Source: Candidatus Omnitrophota bacterium (GTDB taxonomy: Bacteria; Omnitrophota; Gorgyraeia; Zapsychrales; Zapsychraceae). From it: a stretch of DNA of 64,000 nt. The notes under the pieces are model-generated. The model did not search any database, was not told the origin of the DNA, and worked only from the letters and a program-made list of their open reading frames with translations. Made by a program: the position numbers and the translations under genes. Position 1 is the stretch's first letter, and every line of letters starts with the position of its first letter. The stretch lies in assembly GCA_028280285.1 (NCBI GenBank), contig JANQMA010000026.1:822-64821 (forward strand), in the 5' to 3' direction. This document shows positions 1 through 11,100 of the stretch, one piece after another.

Positions 1-3000
1 CATTCACAATTATCAGGTGTTTCTGACTGATAGCCATCTAAAGGTTATGCTGGAAAAGGACCTTTTTGCCGCACGCCAGGAAATTGGCGCAGATGTAGCG
101 CACATGGAGGCGGCAGGCGAACTGGTCAGCTCGGAAGAAGTAGCTGCTGTGATCCGTGAAGTGCTTATTCCTGAGATTGAGTACGAGATCAATCATGGTA
201 AAAATTTCGCGACACTCCGTCAGATTTTTAACTCTGTTATTTTGGCCTCTTGGTATAAAGACAATCTAAAGGAGTCTTTACTCGGGAAGGTGTATGTTGA
301 TCAAAATAAGCTTGAAGGAATCAATGACAATGATACGGCCACCAATGAAGCGATCTACAATCAGTATTTAGAGGCATTTAAAGCCGGTGTCTATGACTAT
401 ATTAAGGAAGGGTACGATCCGAGCGCCCAGCAAATGACAGCCAAAAAATACTTCTCAGGCGGAATTGCAGATTTAGTTAGTTTAAAGCGTAAAGATAATG
501 GAGTATTAGGCAAAGATCTTACGGGCAGTGATAGTGCGACTTTAGCTAATCAATTGCGTATTCGAATAGCGAATTTTGAAGTAAACCTTCTTGAGTGGGT
601 TAAAGAACTTACTTCTGGTATTGAGGAAAGGGCAAAACAAAAACATGAAGCAGCTGTCCGTTATCGGGATTTTATTGATACAAAAGAACGGGTTAACATA
701 GAAAAAGGTTTATCAAATTTACCTGAAAAATATGAAAGAGCTGCCAGAGCTTTAATGGAATTACCAAAAGCATATTTTTCACAGAGACAGATTAGAAGTT
801 TACAAACAAGAATTATAAAGTCACCTAGGCGTCAGTTAGAGAGTACAAGTGAAAGCATTGCACAGAGTTTAGAGCTCAAATTAACTAAGTCTATGTCTGC
901 TAATACTGAATATAATTATAACAACATAATACGCTTTGTGTTCAAAGATGTGGTTAGTGGAGCAAAAGCTTTGCATATTATTAGTACTGATATGAGTGGG
1001 AATTATCATGAACAACCTTGGATTAGGCCAAGTAAGGATATTAAATTAGTTGTTGATCTTTTTCGGAGATTTGCTGAGTTACAACCGGATCCCACTACGT
1101 TTAAAAAAGCAGATAATCTTTTGGCGAATTATTTTAACGATGGTAGCGCCACGGCTTGGGCTGCGATAGGTCTTGGTAATACAGAAATTACAGATCCGGA
1201 TTTCTATAGGGAGTTAATGGCAGGAAATCTTAGGCGTGAACAAATTGCCCAAAAGATTTTATATTTTTCAGAGATTGTAGATGAATATGAATCTGTTAAG
1301 CTTGATCGCACGACAGCCGTAACCGAAGATAAACTTATTGGATTTAATGGATTGAGGCCAGCAAGTGTGCTTGATGTGCTTCGTGAGCTAGTTGATATCG
1401 AAAAAATAATAAAAACCAGCGATGCCGCCTCTATTGCAGACATTCCCGATGATGTCATATCTCCTAAAAGGAAACAAGAGCACATAAATAAGCTTAAAAA
1501 AGCTGGTACGCTCGCCAGCAGTGTAGAGAAGCAAAAACTGAGAACTGACACGATTAAGGCTATGCTACAGGATTTTTATGAGTATACTCAAAGGATTTTA
1601 CGTGAGAACGACAAAAAAAGAAGCAGCAATAGTTTGACAACGCTAGGTTATTTTATGCCTGATATAAAGAGCATGGAGTTTCAGTATAATCAAAGTGAGT
1701 ATGAATTAGTAGAACAAGACAACAGTTTAGTTGTTTATTCTCTTGGTGACGAGCGCTCGATTTTACCAAATCAAGATATTACGAGTAATTTGCTTGTAGA
1801 GATTTCTAAGGTATTGAAGCAACGGGCAGACCGCATGACTCAAAAGACAGAAGAGGCTGTTAAAAAATCTTCAGACGAAGAGTGGGAAGAAATTTATAAC
1901 CTTGTTGGTGATGAAAGTGATGCATGGTTAGATTTAGATTCCGCTGAAGGCCAGATGAAAGATGAGGCCTCACTAGACACGCTGCTGATTGATTATAAAG
2001 GTCATGATCCTGAGTTGCGCGATGTGACCAATGTGATTAATGCGTTGCCTAAAAAATATCGTGAGGCAATAGAAGAAGCAGATCGTCCTTCATCTGTTGC
2101 TGATATAATTACGAAAGCTGAATCAGAGGGTTTGGTTGAATTTGCAATAATTACCAAGAGCGATCAGGTACGGCCAGCCATAAGGCGTTTATTTTATGAT
2201 GAAGAGCTGCTGCCAGTTACATCTGCGAGCTTGGCAGTGAATTATACTGGAAAAACTCAAATCACTAAGCGAGTTACTGAAGTGCTTAACGCCGAGGCAA
2301 AAGATGATTCAGATTTTGATCAACAATTAAGGGGAGGACTATTAAAGAGAGAAGTCATTATTGAAAGGGTTATGAATTCTAAACATGCGCCGGATGATTT
2401 GCGCGCAGGAGATAGATATGTTCTTATCGGCGCTGCGATCGATGAGTTGGTCGAACGGGGAAATATGAAAACCAGCGACGCCGCCGCGCTTGGGCAGGAA
2501 ACCGTGGACGAATTTGATGCGGCGGACTTGGATATCGAAAAAGAGGATGATTGGGATGATATCATAAAAGCTGTTCGTCAATTAAAGCCAGGGAAGACAG
2601 AAGAAGGTTTACATGAGGCTATTATGGCGTATATGAAGAGACACCAAAAAATGTTTAAGGTTGATCAGGGAGCATATGAGATGTATGTTCTTCCGCAAAT
2701 GAGTAGGATCTTTGCTGAATTTTATGAAATGGGGGGGATACCCCTGTACATGCTAAAAGGCCTTAAAGATCATCTTGATGAAATTTCAAAGGCACCGACA
2801 AGAGATGAACAGGTTTTTTTCCTAGCTACAGTAACTCTAAATATTTTGGGTCTACATGAATATGATGCGAAGAAGATTTTTTCTGATTCTTCTTTGCCGA
2901 TGCAGGACTCCGGTATTAGCAAAGAAGATAGAATTAATACAATTACCAAAAACTATGACGCACTGAAAGAAAAGGCCCAATTTTTAAGTGTAATTGAATC

Positions 3001-6000
3001 AAGACTTAAAGCTAAAAATAATCAAGGAGATGCGGATGCAGATAAGCTGCTACTTAGGCATCGTTTGTTGACCGATATAATACGGTCTAGTTTAGTTAGG
3101 TTCAGTGTATCTTTAGATCGTATGATTTCTGAGATGCGATTATCACTTGAAGTAGATGAAGAATCGGTTCAGGAAGTGGATCTGCATTATGTGGACTACA
3201 CTCTTCGGGCGATACATTTGACTTTAGACTTTTTAATAACAGATGTAGACAAAGCCGCGCTTGAGCAGACTGATGCGGCGATATTATTAAGTCCTGAGGA
3301 GGAAGAAAGAGCGCTATTATTAACAGCAGCTGAAGATCGAATTAATACGCTTTTGGATGAGCAGTACAAATCAGGAAGTGTAACAAAAGAAATTTATGAA
3401 AAATCAAGGAAAAGCGCCTTTAAAAATTTTAAAGAATGGACAGAAAGCGAAGAGCTGTACCGCTTAGCACCGGGGATTCGCATGGCCAATTTGCAGGCTG
3501 TCCGTGATGGACGTTTTAATGATATCGTGGAGGCTTATCGTCAAGAAATCGCCTTTGGAACAGCAGGTATTCGCGGGAAAGCGGCACTAACTCTGGATGA
3601 ACTTTTTAAAATGAAAGAGGATGGTCCAGCGGCAGCAATTCTTAAGGGAATTAACACAATTAATGATGTCGTTCTTCTACATAAAACAGCCGGTGTTATC
3701 AAATATGCACAGGAGACAGGGCGCACACGTATTGTGCTTGGGTATGATAGCCGCATCGGCGGATCAGAATTTATTGATATGATTGCGCGTTTATTCATTA
3801 AAGCGTCCAAGCCCGAACATGAATTTAAACTTTTTATTTTTGACGAATCGGCGCCTTTTCCAGAGCTGTCTTTTGGTATTACAACAAAAGAAGTTCAAGG
3901 GCATATCGGTATTTTTATATCGGCAAGCCATAACCCTGCGGATTATAACGGATACAAAATTACACTGGAAACAGGAGCCCAATTGAACCAAGAAAATAAA
4001 AATCTTGTATTGGATGCGGTAAATAGAACAACATTTGCAGATATTGTGTTAGCAGATTCACTTGCGGATGCTAAACCTGGACAAATTGTATGGTTAGGTG
4101 GGAAAGAAAGGCTAGAAGATAAGCAGTATTATGGATTTGATTTGATCGATATGCATACATTACATGTTGAACAGGTAAAAAAGTTGATTCTTGATAAAGA
4201 AGCGATCACGCGTGAAGGGCGTAATGTTAATATCGGATTTGCTGCATTTAATGGGGCCGGGCGCAAAGCAGTACCACGTTTGTTGGATGAAACAGATTTT
4301 GATAATGTAAAGGTTGTGTCAAAACTCCAAGAGTTAGACGGGCTTTTTCCTGCCTTTAAATATGGAGAACAACCCGATCCAGGTGACCCAATTGCAGGGG
4401 AAATTGCCGTCAATGAGTTCATTAAGGAGCATGGGCAAGAAGCGTTTGATGAACTAGATCTTCTGGTGGGAACTGATCCTGATTCTGATCGTATGGGCGC
4501 GGTACTGAAAGTCCCTGAAAGCCAACAAGCACAATTTGGAAAATATAGATTAATATCAGCCAATGATGCCTGGACACTCCTTACATGGTACAGACTTATG
4601 AAAAAGAAGGAGATGGGTTTATTAGAAAATCCCGAAAACCATCTTGTTGTAACAACACATGCAACGAGTGATGCGATTGCTGAAGTTGCTGAACAGGAAT
4701 TTGGTGTTGGTTCATATGGAAGAATGTTAGATATGAATAAAAAAGAAGATCGTGGAGATTATTTAAATGGTCAGCGCACATGGGTTGGCTTTACATATGT
4801 CTCAGAGGCTTTTGAGGAAATTTTAAAGATGGGGAAAGTTGCCGAAGGCGGTTATGAAGAATCTAATGGAATGAGTTTGCACGGACACACAAATGATAAA
4901 GATGGAACTTTGGCGGCCATTTTATTTGCGGAAATGGCGGCTTATGCGAAATCAGAAGGAACAACGCTATTTGAAATGCTCGATGAAATTTATTTAAAAA
5001 TAGGGCATTTTGGAACGGCTAACAAACCGTTACCAAGGGTTGGTTCGTTTGAAGGGGCAGCAGGCGTTTCAGAGAAAATTAATATATTAAAGAAAGCACA
5101 AGAGTGGGCGGCTGAAGCAAATAGTCGTGCCGGAACAGATAATCCTTTTATGATTGCCGGCCGTGAGGTTATCGGAGCCGTTGAGTTTAAATCGGGGCGC
5201 ATTGATCATAATCACTATGAAGGCGTACCTGATGAAGGAATTAGATTTTTCTTTAAAGATGAAAACATGAAAGAGGGGGATCATTTTATAAAGAGTAAAA
5301 ATTATGTAATGATTCGCCCTTCCGGTACATCTCAGACATTACGATTCTATACACAACTTCTTAAAAAAGTTGATCGTGAAAATATTGCTCAGCAAAAGCT
5401 GGAAAATTATATAGCGACAGAGCAATTAGCGCTTATGACGCAAAGGCAAATCTTGGGAGATGTTGGTTTGACTAAATATTTTGCAATGGTGGATGCACAA
5501 CTAGCGGAAGTAAGTCTTTCTAATGATAACGCAGCAATTGAAGAGGAAAAAGAAGATGCAGCAAGCTTGGCCGCTGAAGTTGCCTTGAAGCAGCTGGAAC
5601 GGGCCATTGGGGATGATTTTTCCTTTTTTATGAATTATACAGCAAAATTAGAGTATCAAGGTAATGTTAGAAATATTTATTATAACGATAATAGGCCTTT
5701 AGAATTAGAAATGTTAGAAAAAGTTATGCGTCATTATCAGAAATTGTTAATTGACCATGGGTTTTTCGATTTGGAGGTCAAGCGTCTGCGCATTCAAGGA
5801 TTACCGATTGACAATGAAGTCCTTAAGGTAACCCGTCAATCAGAATTTGAGTATGCTATAAATTTAGGCGATAGCAAGCCGGTTAGCATGAGTATTGATG
5901 ATATTCGTTCATTTATTAGACAAGCCCGGGCTAAGCTTCTTAAGAATGGAGATATAAGAAACGGTATTTTAACGCAACTGGCAAAACAATTAAGTAAAAA

Positions 6001-8059
6001 GGGTATTGCGCGTCTAGAGATTCAGCCATTCCTACCGTGGACTTCGGGATGGGTTTTTGAGTCTCATCCTGAGGGTAAGTTTGAGTTGTTGAGAAAGGGC
6101 AAGCCCGTTGAGGTGACGGAAGGGCTGTTGACTCGAATTGCAAACAAAGCTATAGAAGAACTAAACCGTAAAAAAGCTGAGAAGGATTTTAAAAACAAAG
6201 GATTTAAAAAATTACTCGAAGACGCCGCGGCATTTACAAAAGAAGATTTAGCAAGTATCGCCCGTATTTCAACAGAAATTATCTCAGAAGAAAAAATGAA
6301 AACAATTATAGCGAAACTAAAGGCAATTCGTGAATCATCAAGTACACCTTCAGAGCTAAAAGAATCACGTGAAAGTGCTGTGCAAGGAATGCTAAATGAC
6401 TTTCAAGAGTATGCTACGCAGGTTTTAGGCGAAATTAATACCCTAAGAGCGAAAGCAAATCAAGATCCTATTGAGGAATTTATTGGTAAATATGATACAT
6501 TCAATCATGATGGAAAAGATTATCATATTACTATGAACGAATCGCTCACAATTTTTGCTCAACATTGGAATGGTCCATTTCCTCTGGAAAGAGTTACTGG
6601 GGCTTTGTTAAGGGCAATATCAGTTAAACTTACTACTCAGAAAGACAATTTACAGGAGGATGTTAAGGCGTTAAATGCAGAAGCATTGGAAGCTGAGCAA
6701 AGTAAAATTGATGAGTTTCTTGATGATGCGGCATTAACAGTAGTTGAAGCAACGCCTGCCGACGCCGCGGCATTGAATATGGTAGAGAAATTGGCTAAAG
6801 GGCTTAACGGTCAAACAATAGGTCTGTTGACTCTGGATTATGATTCTGATGAGAGTAAAAGATCGGATACTAAAGGACTCGCTGTCTTTGAATTGAATAT
6901 GAAACAAGCAACTTCTATTAATGCATTTATGGAACTTCATGTTGGCGTTGAACGGATCAAAAAAGCCAAAGGTGAGAAGAAAGATACGATGCGTGTGTAT
7001 GTGAATTTGTCAGGACAGATTAAAGAGCAGACTGCTGATGGGATAGAGAGATTTGATGTGTTAGAAATTATTCAGGAAAGAGGTGAAGATCGAAAGATTG
7101 TGGAGGAGTTTGCTCATCAATTAATGGACAGACTTCCTTCCATTGTTGAGTTTGGGAATAGGGTTTTGCAGATTGATTTTGAAAAAAATATTGTTGATAC
7201 GGTAGGTGAGACAGAGCTTAAAGAGTACTTTGCAGAGCGTAAGGCTAAAGTAAAGGTTACACAATATGCCGGTGGACCTGTTATGAGTGTAATATTTGGT
7301 CCTGCCGCACTTGAGCAGGAAGGGCAAGACGGGTCCAATGATTATCTATTGTTTTCTGTATTAGCGAACTCAAAAGTTTTAACAAAAGATGATAAAAACG
7401 CACTTAATTTTACATATACCCGGGTTGATGACTACGTTGATTCAGTAAAGAGAACGCAAGATTTATATTGGGATGTTGTTGAAAAAATAGGTGATCGGTT
7501 AAAAGAAAAAGGGATTCTCAACGCGGAAATGACTTCACTTAAAATGAGGGCACCTGTCCTTGGAAAGTTTAGGGGAAAGACAATTATTTTTAAAGAAAAT
7601 CCGAATAGATTTAACGTTAACCAATATACGGCGCCGTCAACGAAATATGCTTTATTTAGATATGAAGGTGTGAAGGAAGTGATAATGAAGCCTGATGAGA
7701 TTACAGAATCTATGCTTCGTAAGGTAATTAAAGCGGCAAATAAAGCATTGGAAGATCACGCGGCACTTGACCCGCTTGGGGGTATTGATCTTAATCCTGA
7801 CCTTTTGGATCTGCAAATTAAGCGCGACGGCCGCGGTATTCCACTGCCACTTGATCAACAACCGCTTGAAAATATGCAAATTGACGGTTTTCTACCTATT
7901 ATTATTAATATTAATCCAGTTGCCAATTTGCCGCTTCTTTTGGGGCTTCTAGATGAGGATGGAGAGACCAATGAGGCTGAGGCGGATGCCTCTCAATCAG
8001 CGCAACTATATGGAAGAGAAGAACTTAGCTATTTAAGAGAAGGTGACAGCGAATTCTAA
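1..8059 (+). CDS. Giant exported-family protein, paralog A (5' end lies outside the window; >2680 aa) with embedded phosphohexomutase domain
   Basis: ORF is open to the window edge. Codons 2-16 (IHNYQ) continue the paralog alignment 'IYIHN..VFLTDSHLKVMLEKD' seen in 14001..17330, so GTG at 17 is internal. Shares the N-module (NFATLRQIFNSVILASWYKDNLKE...YFSGG) and C-module (GGIDLNPDLLDLQIKRDGRGIPLP...GFLPIIININPVANLPLLLGL) with the next two genes. Stop TAA at 8057-8059. Confidence 0.85.
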   Translation, partial: IHNYQVFLTDSHLKVMLEKDLFAARQEIGADVAHMEAAGELVSSEEVAAVIREVLIPEIEYEINHGKNFATLRQIFNSVILASWYKDNLKESLLGKVYVDQNKLEGINDNDTATNEAIYNQYLEAFKAGVYDYIKEGYDPSAQQMTAKKYFSGGIADLVSLKRKDNGVLGKDLTGSDSATLANQLRIRIANFEVNLLEWVKELTSGIEERAKQKHEAAVRYRDFIDTKERVNIEKGLSNLPEKYERAARALMELPKAYFSQRQIRSLQTRIIKSPRRQLESTSESIAQSLELKLTKSMSANTEYNYNNIIRFVFKDVVSGAKALHIISTDMSGNYHEQPWIRPSKDIKLVVDLFRRFAELQPDPTTFKKADNLLANYFNDGSATAWAAIGLGNTEITDPDFYRELMAGNLRREQIAQKILYFSEIVDEYESVKLDRTTAVTEDKLIGFNGLRPASVLDVLRELVDIEKIIKTSDAASIADIPDDVISPKRKQEHINKLKKAGTLASSVEKQKLRTDTIKAMLQDFYEYTQRILRENDKKRSSNSLTTLGYFMPDIKSMEFQYNQSEYELVEQDNSLVVYSLGDERSILPNQDITSNLLVEISKVLKQRADRMTQKTEEAVKKSSDEEWEEIYNLVGDESDAWLDLDSAEGQMKDEASLDTLLIDYKGHDPELRDVTNVINALPKKYREAIEEADRPSSVADIITKAESEGLVEFAIITKSDQVRPAIRRLFYDEELLPVTSASLAVNYTGKTQITKRVTEVLNAEAKDDSDFDQQLRGGLLKREVIIERVMNSKHAPDDLRAGDRYVLIGAAIDELVERGNMKTSDAAALGQETVDEFDAADLDIEKEDDWDDIIKAVRQLKPGKTEEGLHEAIMAYMKRHQKMFKVDQGAYEMYVLPQMSRIFAEFYEMGGIPLYMLKGLKDHLDEISKAPTRDEQVFFLATVTLNILGLHEYDAKKIFSDSSLPMQDSGISKEDRINTITKNYDALKEKAQFLSVIESRLKAKNNQGDADADKLLLRHRLLTDIIRSSLVRFSVSLDRMISEMRLSLEVDEESVQEVDLHYVDYTLRAIHLTLDFLITDVDKAALEQTDAAILLSPEEEERALLLTAAEDRINTLLDEQYKSGSVTKEIYEKSRKSAFKNFKEWTESEELYRLAPGIRMANLQAVRDGRFNDIVEAYRQEIAFGTAGIRGKAALTLDELFKMKEDGPAAAILKGINTINDVVLLHKTAGVIKYAQETGRTRIVLGYDSRIGGSEFIDMIARLFIKASKPEHEFKLFIFDESAPFPELSFGITTKEVQGHIGIFISASHNPADYNGYKITLETGAQLNQENKNLVLDAVNRTTFADIVLADSLADAKPGQIVWLGGKERLEDKQYYGFDLIDMHTLHVEQVKKLILDKEAITREGRNVNIGFAAFNGAGRKAVPRLLDETDFDNVKVVSKLQELDGLFPAFKYGEQPDPGDPIAGEIAVNEFIKEHGQEAFDELDLLVGTDPDSDRMGAVLKVPESQQAQFGKYRLISANDAWTLLTWYRLMKKKEMGLLENPENHLVVTTHATSDAIAEVAEQEFGVGSYGRMLDMNKKEDRGDYLNGQRTWVGFTYVSEAFEEILKMGKVAEGGYEESNGMSLHGHTNDKDGTLAAILFAEMAAYAKSEGTTLFEMLDEIYLKIGHFGTANKPLPRVGSFEGAAGVSEKINILKKAQEWAAEANSRAGTDNPFMIAGREVIGAVEFKSGRIDHNHYEGVPDEGIRFFFKDENMKEGDHFIKSKNYVMIRPSGTSQTLRFYTQLLKKVDRENIAQQKLENYIATEQLALMTQRQILGDVGLTKYFAMVDAQLAEVSLSNDNAAIEEEKEDAASLAAEVALKQLERAIGDDFSFFMNYTAKLEYQGNVRNIYYNDNRPLELEMLEKVMRHYQKLLIDHGFFDLEVKRLRIQGLPIDNEVLKVTRQSEFEYAINLGDSKPVSMSIDDIRSFIRQARAKLLKNGDIRNGILTQLAKQLSKKGIARLEIQPFLPWTSGWVFESHPEGKFELLRKGKPVEVTEGLLTRIANKAIEELNRKKAEKDFKNKGFKKLLEDAAAFTKEDLASIARISTEIISEEKMKTIIAKLKAIRESSSTPSELKESRESAVQGMLNDFQEYATQVLGEINTLRAKANQDPIEEFIGKYDTFNHDGKDYHITMNESLTIFAQHWNGPFPLERVTGALLRAISVKLTTQKDNLQEDVKALNAEALEAEQSKIDEFLDDAALTVVEATPADAAALNMVEKLAKGLNGQTIGLLTLDYDSDESKRSDTKGLAVFELNMKQATSINAFMELHVGVERIKKAKGEKKDTMRVYVNLSGQIKEQTADGIERFDVLEIIQERGEDRKIVEEFAHQLMDRLPSIVEFGNRVLQIDFEKNIVDTVGETELKEYFAERKAKVKVTQYAGGPVMSVIFGPAALEQEGQDGSNDYLLFSVLANSKVLTKDDKNALNFTYTRVDDYVDSVKRTQDLYWDVVEKIGDRLKEKGILNAEMTSLKMRAPVLGKFRGKTIIFKENPNRFNVNQYTAPSTKYALFRYEGVKEVIMKPDEITESMLRKVIKAANKALEDHAALDPLGGIDLNPDLLDLQIKRDGRGIPLPLDQQPLENMQIDGFLPIIININPVANLPLLLGLLDEDGETNEAEADASQSAQLYGREELSYLREGDSEF
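3389..5420 (+). other. Complete alpha-D-phosphohexomutase (PGM/PMM, PgcA/PGM2-like) domain embedded in the giant ORF
   Basis: All four family motifs are in frame. FGTAGIRG begins at 3551. Phosphoserine loop SASHNP is at 3920-3937. Metal loop GTDPDSDRMG is at 4469-4498. Sugar loop GGYEESNG is at 4847-4870. Phosphate loop IRPSGTSQTLRFY is at 5312-5350. Domain boundaries are approximate. Confidence 0.85.
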
Positions 8060-8094
8060 CAAGGCCACACACTATCCCCCAAACCGTTTCAATC

Positions 8095-8122
8095 TTGAAT
8101 TGGCTTAACAGCATGCTATACT
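8095..8122 (+). promoter_or_regulatory. Putative sigma70-type promoter of giant paralog B (TTGAAT-N16-TATACT)
   Basis: TTGAAT at 8095-8100, 16-nt spacer, TATACT at 8117-8122, about 70 nt upstream of ATG 8193. The identical hexamer pair and spacing recur upstream of paralog C. Confidence 0.4.
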
Positions 8123-8192
8123 TATAACTATAATATTAGAAATTAAGGCATTTAGGTGCTGTTTGTATACTTTTACCAGGGAAGGGGTAAAT

Positions 8193-11100
8193 ATGTCTAT
8201 TAGTTTTAAATCATCCAGTAAATCTCCATTGACTCAGATTACATCCCTATTTGTCGCGTTTATATTTTGTTTTACTTCCGTTATTGCTCCCGGCTCGGCC
8301 CGGGCACAATTTATCCCGACACCGGCTGTCATGCCGGCAGTCGGCAGTATGGTGCAGATTTCCAATGCCTTTGATCCGCTTATTATCAAGGGTCTTACCA
8401 TTCATCCGGAGAATCCTCTGGAGTTTTCATTTTTAGTCGATTTAGGCGATACCAATTATAGCGAAACAAAGATCAAAGATGAGTCGCAGCGGCTGATTAC
8501 CTATTTTATGGCCGGTTTAACGGTCCCTGAAAGCGAGCTGTGGGTCAACCTTTCCCCTTATGAGAATAACCGTATTATTCCCGACAGCCTTGGCCAGACA
8601 GCCATGGGGCGTGATCTTCTCGCGCAAGACTATCTGCTTAAGCAGTTAACCGCGTCTTTAATGTATCCGGAAGATGAACTGGGCGATAAATTCTGGACAC
8701 AGATTAAACAGCGTGTGGAAGCTTTATATGGTCCGGGCGTTGATATCCCGACCAATGTGTTTAACAAGGTCTGGATTATGCCGGAAAGTGCGGAAATCTA
8801 TATTCATAACACCAGTGTTTTTCTTTTGGGTAGCCGTCTTCAGGTTATGCTGGAAGAAGATTATGTGGCGGCGCGCAAGGCCATTGGCGCGGATGTTGCG
8901 CATATGGAGACTGCCGGAGAGTTATTGGGCCATCAAGAGGTAGCGGAGGTTGTCCGTGAAGTGATCCTGCCGGCTATTGAAGAAGAAGTCAACTTTGGCG
9001 AAAACTTTTCTACCCTGCGGCAAATCTTTAATTCGATTATCCTTGCCTCCTGGTACAAAGACAATCTGAAAGAAACGATTTTAGGCCAGATTTATGCCGA
9101 TCAAAACAAGCTTAAAGGGATTGATGAAAACGACAAGCAAACAAATCAGCAGATTTATCAAAAGTATTTAGAGGCCTTTGAAGAGGGTGTTTATAACTAT
9201 ATTAGAGAAGAGTACGATCCGGCTAAGCAGCAGATTATTCCACGCAAATACTTCTCCGGCGGATGGCTTCATGATCAGGCAGCGCTACTCACTCATGAAA
9301 ATACAGTAGTGGAAGGCCAGTACGGCCAACCCCTTGATGCAGCCGTGCTTCAGAATTTTGGCAAGGCTATGACTCCTGAAGTTGTGAGGAAAATGAAACG
9401 AGTTAGGGCTCAATTGGCTCAAGAAAGTGCGAAAACGCATACAGTTGAGTCAATTGCTTACCAACCGCTTTTGTCTAATATTCCAAAGACAATAATTAAT
9501 AATGTGGAGGCTAGCCAACTAACCGATTTATTACAAGAAGATCAAATTAATCTCATCGCCAGAAAAACGCTGCTTGAGCTTATTAATCAGAGGGGTGTTT
9601 TGGATTATGGGATTGATGTTAATGTGCAAGCGGGTGAAGCGATCGATTTTATTTTTAACACAGACATGGATGACCGGATTATGCGTGCCGTGCGCACAGA
9701 ATTGCAATCGGAAGAAGAGTTGAGCACGCAACGCATGCTTGATTTGTTAGATGCATTTAGTGTAGAAGTTACGATTGTTGAAGGTGGTGCTTCTCGTTCT
9801 GAGGAAATGAGTTTGCGTGATTATATTCAAGGTAATCTCCAACATGCCGTTTATTTGGCCCATGCTGTCGGTAATGCGGATGAAAGAGGTGATGAGTCGA
9901 CGCGTGTAAGAAAGCGAAGAGGAATAAGAGAACAATTAGAACGTAGCTTTCCCGGTGTTAGCTCGGTAACTCTTAGAACTATTGCGCGTGATTTGGTTAA
10001 ATTACAAAGGAACAGATTAAATGATGATCATATGTCATTAATCGTACAAGCTGTTTCTGATAAGGTCCAGGCTAAGGTTAGTTTTGATCAGGTATACACA
10101 ACAGATGAATTTTCTTTCCGTGTTAGAAAGCAAGGGCAACTGGAAATCGCCGCGGCACGGGGAAACATTTTTAGTGATGTATCGTGGGGTAGCTTAACAG
10201 TCAATCAGCTAGGCCTTATAGCCCAGGCGGTTGACAATGCTTCGATACAAGATCCCGTCGAACCCGGTACGATTCAACAGCAATCAATGGTGAAAGAATC
10301 CGCTGATTTTAACCGGATTACTTCATATGCGGGGCAATCTTTCCAAAGAGATAATTTGTCTCAATTGATGCGTGAAGCAAGCTTTGTATCAGAGAGCCGT
10401 GAAAATTTTGTTGAGTTAAGAGATCAATTCGAACGCATACGAACGGCGTCAGATCCGCAGGGTAGCATTGTTGGTATTAAGGTTATTGAAAATACTCAGC
10501 CTCTTCAATATGGAGGGGGTTTTGAGCTTGACGGCATAGTATATGTTGAACAAAGCTTATTAGATCATATCGAAAAGAATAATAACCCTTTTAATATGCG
10601 TGAACGTATGTTGCGCAATTTCTTTCGTAAAGGAACTGCCCTTGAGAGAAAAATTGCGGAATATGATGAATTGGTTCAAAAATACGGAGAATCCAGGTTA
10701 AACTTATTTCCGGAAGGCCGTGTCCTACAAAGCTATCGCGATACGCTTTATGGGCAATTACCGGCAGATAAAAATAATACAGAAAGGCTTAATATTATAC
10801 TTGAAAAACACGGATTCAATAATGTTAAAATTACTGAGCCTGATGAAAAAGCGATTGAATTAACTAATATATTAAAGGAACACATTGATATTGCTTTATA
10901 CACAATGGCGATCAATTCGGCGAATAAATTTATTGATTTAAATAAAAATATCCGTATGCATACGGATGATCCTTTATTGGATTCAAATGAGGAGTATGTA
11001 GCTAATTTTTTTGCTTTCGCCGCTTATCCAGCGACTGTTGCGCACTTTATTACTGTTGCCTTAAAAGGAGGCGCGCTGTCCTATTCGGATGATAATATTT

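Noticed and set aside
7770-8059. C-terminal module interpreted as a known sorting signal (T9SS CTD, autotransporter barrel, LPXTG, PEP-CTERM).
   Set aside because: The block is only ~55 aa, too short for a beta-barrel. It is followed by a variable acidic tail rather than sitting at the extreme C-terminus. It contains no LPXTG or PEP motif and no terminal TM helix. I cannot match it to any of these, so it stays 'unknown module'.
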